Positions 19,107 to 21,030 of a stretch of DNA of 21,030 nucleotides are shown here, piece after piece. The DNA comes from Ginkgo biloba (Eukaryota > Plantae > Ginkgophyta), in NCBI GenBank assembly GCA_024626585.2, contig JANKJI020000002.1:15599399-15620428 (forward strand). Direction: 5' to 3'. Made by a program: the position numbers and the translations under genes. The stretch's first letter is position 1; each line of letters opens with the position of its first letter. Under the pieces are notes generated by a model. It was not told where the DNA came from, made no database searches, and saw only the letters and a program-made list of their open reading frames with translations.

Positions 19107-21030
19107 ATTATAGTAATTATGGATAGAGGTATGTTGGAGCCATGGAAAACTAAATGAAGGTGGACATATTCAAAATTGGGATGTACTACTATTGAAGTAC
19201 AAAGGTCATCATTCTATAAGGCATGGTGGGATAGGTTGGTGACATCTTGAGAGGGTTCCAATCGACTGTGTAAGGGTTGTTGGCTCGTGGAGGAAGTTAA
19301 ACCTTGGGTCACTGCTAGTTGCACGTTTTATTTGTGATTCGTAGTATGAATCAAAACGTGGCTGCCTTTACTGAAGGCACTTGCTTTTGACATTGAGGAT
19401 TCTTGTAACCTTGTGGAATCCATAGAGCGAGAGGAGGAAAGGCAGGACTATCTTGAAAATCCCATGGAGAGATCCATTAAAGAAATTATAAGCACAAATA
19501 GAGGACATCATTAGCTATGGGAAGGTGATACCAAGGCACAAGGCCATAAGAAAAAGGANNNNNNNNNNNNNNNNNNNNNNNNNNNNNNNNNNNNNNNNNN
19601 NNNNNNNNNNNNNNNNNNNNNNNNNNNNNNNNNNNNNNNNNNNNNNNNNNNNNNNNNNCTAAAAGCATCAATCATCCTAGCTACCATGGTTCTCCATCTT
19701 TTCATTTATACATGTTCTCATTAGTGAATTCCATTATGCCTAATTTCCAATTAAAGAACAACTAAATTAGTCCCACTACAATCGATATACACTTCATATG
19801 TGAGAATAAATGTTCAGGCATAAATTCAAACTCTTATTATTAAATAATATATACAATATAAATGATTAATTATAAATGTTTGTAATGTTAGAGTAATAGA
19901 TTTAACACTTTAAAGAACCTAAGATTTTAGTCAAAATTAATCATCGTGAAATGGAAAAGTTAGAAATATAATTTGTTATTTGATTGTATAATGCCTGATA
20001 ATAGGGAAACAAGACTAATTAGTATTTAATAATTACTTGTCATTAATGTAGAGTCATGAGGAAACATTGTTCCTTAATAAGAAACCCTAGAATGTAGGTT
20101 TATGTAACTCATTGCTTTTTGGTTGTATAACATCACATTTAATATATTCAATTCAATTCATATTTGATGCATTAAATATCTTTTCCTAGCATAATTTGTC
20201 CTGGAGTCACTCAACAAGGTTTCTACAAGTGGTGTTAGATCATCTTTGATTCCTAGCCTCTGAAAAAATTTAAAATTAAAAAATAATTTAAAAACATCAA
20301 AAAATAATATTATTATATATTCCATCGTCCCTATGTCATCTACCTTCCTTATCACTATTATTTATGTCCCCTTTTTTTTCTATAGCCACTATCACCATTA
20401 ACCCTCCATTATCTATTAATACTTACCCTCATTCCATCTATCTCTCAAATGATGCAAATTGTNNNNNNNNNNNNNNNNNNNNNNNNNNNNNNNNNNNNNN
20501 NNNNNNNNNNNNNNNNNNNNNNNNNNNNNNNNNNNNNNNNNATTTTATTTCCTTCTCCCCTATTATGTTGTTCTCTCCCTTATTCTCCTCCTCTTTCTCT
20601 ATTGTTCCCCCCATTATATCCTCTATCCCAAGGTCTTCATTACTTACTCCTTCCACCTAAATATATCTTTTTGTCTTCATTAGTTCTACCTTCTACTTCT
20701 TTCCACATTTGTACACTTGATCGCATTAATAATTTTCCATTTAAATAATTAAGCTATGGTTTCTCAAGTAATTACTTCATCCTCCAATAAAAATCAAAAT
20801 TAAAATTATGTATTAAAAAGTTCAAAATGGAAATATAAATTATAATATTCTACCATACAAGAATAATTTATTTGAAATTTAAAGGTTTTTTTATAAAGTA
20901 GAACTTTAAGAGTATATACATTATTTAATAATCACAAGGTAACATTAATAAAAATAAAGAAATGTCATAATTTTCATATGACTATAAAAAATCCATAACA
21001 AAATTTACAAATATTTGCATATTAAGGGAA

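Larger units (their letters stand above)
2614..20541. other. Assembly gaps (12 N-runs)
   Basis: N-runs start at 2614, 2939, 3940, 7995, 8868, 10162, 13476, 13901, 15492, 18364, 19559 and 20463. Several are ~100 N placeholders of unknown true size. Confidence 0.95.
12762..21030 (+). other. SUT4 intron 1 (>8 kb, TE-filled; acceptor not seen in window)
   Basis: GT donor at 12762. The expected next coding segment (K/ED.RRTR.AN..FS.FMA.GN.LG) was not found downstream by eye; it could lie in an N-gap. Confidence 0.65.

Noticed and set aside
20158-20720. Exon-like minus-strand piece (ttttttcag|RLGIKDDLTPLVETLL..) and nearby Glu-rich frame
   Set aside because: No family recognised and it is split by a gap; possibly TE-derived but unsupported without BLASTX.

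Overview
AT-rich, TE-laden draft land-plant nuclear scaffold with 12 N-gaps. The long TE-filled intron and the chromovirus type suggest a gymnosperm-like genome (inference). The only apparently intact gene is exon 1 of a type III (SUT4-like) sucrose/H+ symporter (12236-12761, +). It has a CpG-retaining promoter with a tight ABRE cluster, and its intron 1 runs >8 kb to the window end. That intron holds stacked transposon relics: a MITE-like pair, a CRM-like chromovirus integrase/chromodomain/3' LTR, a Helitron 3' end, two related LTR-PBS(Met) junctions and an antisense Ty3/gypsy RT. Upstream on the minus strand are three decayed gene relics that the ORF track misses: a complete three-exon HIPP metallochaperone pseudogene (663-1377), a coiled-coil/BTB-POZ exon only ~140 bp 5' of it (1521-~1790), and the first two exons of a secreted-type polyamine oxidase (~9115-9541). 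A degenerate CRM-like gag-protease-RT relic lies at ~4270-6140. I see no convincing new biological system. The best leads are a possible Helitron-captured BTB+HIPP cassette, the incomplete vacuolar dileucine motif of the SUT4, and the nested intronic TE stack. All family calls come from manual translation and recalled consensus motifs, not database searches.
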